Shown here one piece after another: positions 61,317 through 64,000 of a stretch of 64,000 nucleotides of DNA. Position 1 is the stretch's first letter, and the number at the start of each line of letters is the position of its first letter. The position numbers and the translations under genes are program-made. Source of the stretch: Phoronis australis. Lineage: Eukaryota; Animalia; Phoronida. The DNA is taken from assembly GCA_002633005.1 (NCBI GenBank), contig NMRA01000510.1, positions 241,436 through 305,435 on the forward strand. The letters are read 5' to 3'. The notes beneath the pieces were generated by a model. The model had not been told where the DNA came from, made no database searches, and saw only the letters and a list, made by a program, of their open reading frames with translations.

Positions 61317-63022
61317 GGAAACTGAATTGAGAAGCTAGCTGAGATGTTTCAGTACTGGCATGATTCTTAAATGAAACTGGACGAATTGTGATTGTAGTCT
61401 TAAAAATAGTTGATTTATCTCAGTGATTCTACGAGTAAAATTCATTGCTGTGTTCAATTGCCATGAATAGACTTGTTCAATTGTAGCGAGAACCAGTATT
61501 ATCGGTAATGGAGGTCACTCCAGTCAGATGTCTTTCAATGTAGAGTTGATATTTAGTTATTTGATTTTACCCTCATGAAAGTGAGCACGTCTGCACCTCT
61601 TGTGTGGACAGGTATTGTAGTAATTGCTCTAATAATTCACACATTAATAATTTTGGGTTGTTGATCACGTGTGCGTTTTTAGTTAGTACACATAACTCCT
61701 CAATCTACCTGCAGGGGTTGTCACTGCTGGTAGAGATGGCTACCTTTCTATTGATCAAGGTTATGTACCCCTACTTGCACTAAGTTGTTTCTTGGAATGA
61801 GTCGACACTTATCATGGTCCAGCAGGTGGTGGATTAAGAGGGGTTGTGTGCACACATTGGTAGATATAGTAGCTCACACCCTTGTAATAATCTTTCACAG
61901 GGCTTGTCTACCTAAATAATATTTTTCTGAGAATGAATAGAAAAAAGTGCTGTAGTAAGATTAGCATTCGGTTTTACATTCTCAAAAGAAATCTTCTGTT
62001 TGGCTGTGAATTGTTGAACTTGTTTTTTATCTTGCTCTATTACTAGGTCACCTGCATTTCCGTGATAATGGAATATTACATTAATTTAACCAATCGGATT
62101 GTTTTATTCATGTGACTGGTCTTGCTTCTTCAGGGTAGACAACCGTGTTTGTGGATCACAAAGGCGTTCTTGTTGAGGGGAATGGCAACCGCTTTTGGTT
62201 CAATTAGGATTTTCTTGTTTTCCCGAACAAGTTTTCAAATTAATAAATGTCCCCAGGATGTAATTATGCAAAAGCTATGCTGTTTGCTGGCTGTAGATAC
62301 TTAAATGATTTCAATTCACTCCAAAGGGCCCGGGTGGTTTCAGGAGGAAATTTAATTAGTGACGATCCTGAATTTGTTGAGAATGACACCTGGAGGAGAT
62401 ATCCGGAACATGCAGCACTGAAGGAGGATTGTTTCCTGGCCATTTTCCCTACGAAACTTAAAAGTTTTGACGAAAATTATCCCAAAGGATGACTTTTCGG
62501 ACAAATTTCACTTACAGACTTCTACAAAAGGTTCCTGAGTTCCTTGCAAATGATGTTCTCATTGTTGGCATGACTATTATTTTTAACTATTTGGGGGTTA
62601 CTGGGTTGCCAAAAATTCCCCATGAGGAAATGGTTCGATCCTTGCAAAAGGGTTGATATTTCTGGAACAAAGCCCTTCGAAAGGGCGACTTTTCTAACGG
62701 AAGTTCCCTACAAATTACTTCCTTTTCTGGCCCATTCTAATGGTGAATCCAAATTGTGCAGCTGGTACTCCGTCAAAATATAGTCGAGAATCCCCTAGGC
62801 ATGCTTTGCATAAGTACACATGCACGTCTTTAGTTTTTTTATATAAACCATTGGGCGGTGCAGTTGTCTATTAAGATCAGGGTCGACTTAGACAGCAAGG
62901 TCTTGTTTAATGCCCTTTTTGGCCAGTTGACAGATATTGAAAACTACTTTCCCATCCAGTTCTCTGAAACGAAATGCTGAGTAACTCTCAACAGTTAGAG
63001 TTAGAATTTTTTGAAAACTTAC

Positions 63023-64000
63023 GCAGCCGATTTCATAAAGGTGGTTTAACAAAACCAGGTTTAAGACTTAAACCTGGTCTTCCTAAACCTGGTCTAATTT
63101 TAGACCTGACTTGCATTTCACCAACATGGTTTAAGAGTCTGAAAGCCTGGTTTTGCTAGACCAGGGAGCTGGTTCAGTAAAACCTGCCTTAAAGTATCAA
63201 AAGCACCCCCACTGTGTCGAGCTGGGTAAACCCAACAAAGAAACTATTGAAGTGTTTCAATGAAACCTTGATCACGTGGGTATACAATGGCATACACTAG
63301 TAGAATCGGTGCAGACATTTACGAAAAACATCTAAAAGCTTTTCTCATGAGGAAAACTGTAATTTCTGTGCCCAACACACACGCATTAAAGAACATGCTC
63401 CCGATTAGATGTAACATGTTAAATGCCCAAATTTATTTCCTTGTCATTTTAGTGTTTCTTTTTCGCGGCCAAAGGGGGGAGGCAAGACCCCTTCCTGGCA
63501 ATATTGTATCGGAGAACAGTGGAGGTGAAACTCAGTCAGAAGAATCGGAAGATGTTGTCTTTAGTCAAATCCGTAGCGCTTACGACCTGCTCGACCAGTC
63601 GTATTCTGAGAAATCCGCAGGACACACTCCAGCAAGTACTGGTCTACGCATAGGCGGATCCACGGGGGTCAAGGGGTCCGGAGTCCCCTTTTTTCCCTTG
63701 ATTTTAGTGATATCAAATATATAATTTTCAAATTGTTGACTTGGCCCCCTTTCAAAAAGTCCTTGACCATCCCCCTCCCCCTTTAAAAACCTGAATCCGC
63801 CCCTGCTACGCTTGATCTTGTGTCATAGTAAAACTGAATATTGAAAATAGTCCATTTTCGCTCTAAAACTGCGTCGCAAATGCACTCCCCGGCATCATTC
63901 AGTTGTACCATGCAAGTCTGACATATTTAACAGTTAAACCTGGGTCTGACCAAGTCTAAAGTTAAACATGGTTTAAGATGTTAATACAGGTCTAAATAAT
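63023..64000. mobile_element. Probable PIF/Harbinger-like non-autonomous element running off the window
   Basis: gccgatttcataaag start then multiple aaacc(a/t)ggt(t/c)t subterminal repeats that reappear at 63935-63995. Confidence 0.45.
63649..63805. mobile_element. MITE (CATAGGCGGAT...ATCCGCCCCTG) with 5-bp TSD
   Basis: CTACG duplicated at 63644-63648 and 63806-63810. Confidence 0.85.

Noticed and set aside
63287-63724. 145-aa ORF
   Set aside because: Runs through a MITE insertion inside a probable transposon; no recognisable domain

Overview
Intron-rich animal genomic DNA; the miR-2 family makes it a protostome, probably a lophotrochozoan (inference). Most ORF-track entries are noise. I reconstructed three spliced genes by hand. 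(1) The 5' end of a vertnin-like gene with an OTU-type motif on the minus strand at the left edge. (2) An ACSF2-like acyl-CoA synthetase with seven clean exons (6615-11988) that stops half way, with no C-terminal exons found before the next gene. (3) PPP4R1 (PP4 regulatory subunit 1), 15 coding exons at 18766-60747, lacking about 68 aa whose exons should lie near a scaffold 'n' at 39770. The main non-coding signal is a sense-strand microRNA cluster in the 10 kb PPP4R1 intron 41089-51131: mir-71 followed by six mir-2 family hairpins over about 5.9 kb, with divergent paralogues, a 5' arm carrying the miR-2 seed, and tandemly duplicated orphan 5' arms. The mir-71/mir-2-in-PPP4R1 arrangement is known in protostomes; the copy number and variants need checking. 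The rest is dense in non-autonomous DNA transposons: hAT-like MITEs with 5, 6 and 8 bp TSDs, nested Tc1/mariner-like elements, a Kolobok-like fold-back with THAP-like starts, Helentron-type elements and a Harbinger transposase fossil. All identifications come from reading the sequence and recalled family motifs; no searches were run.
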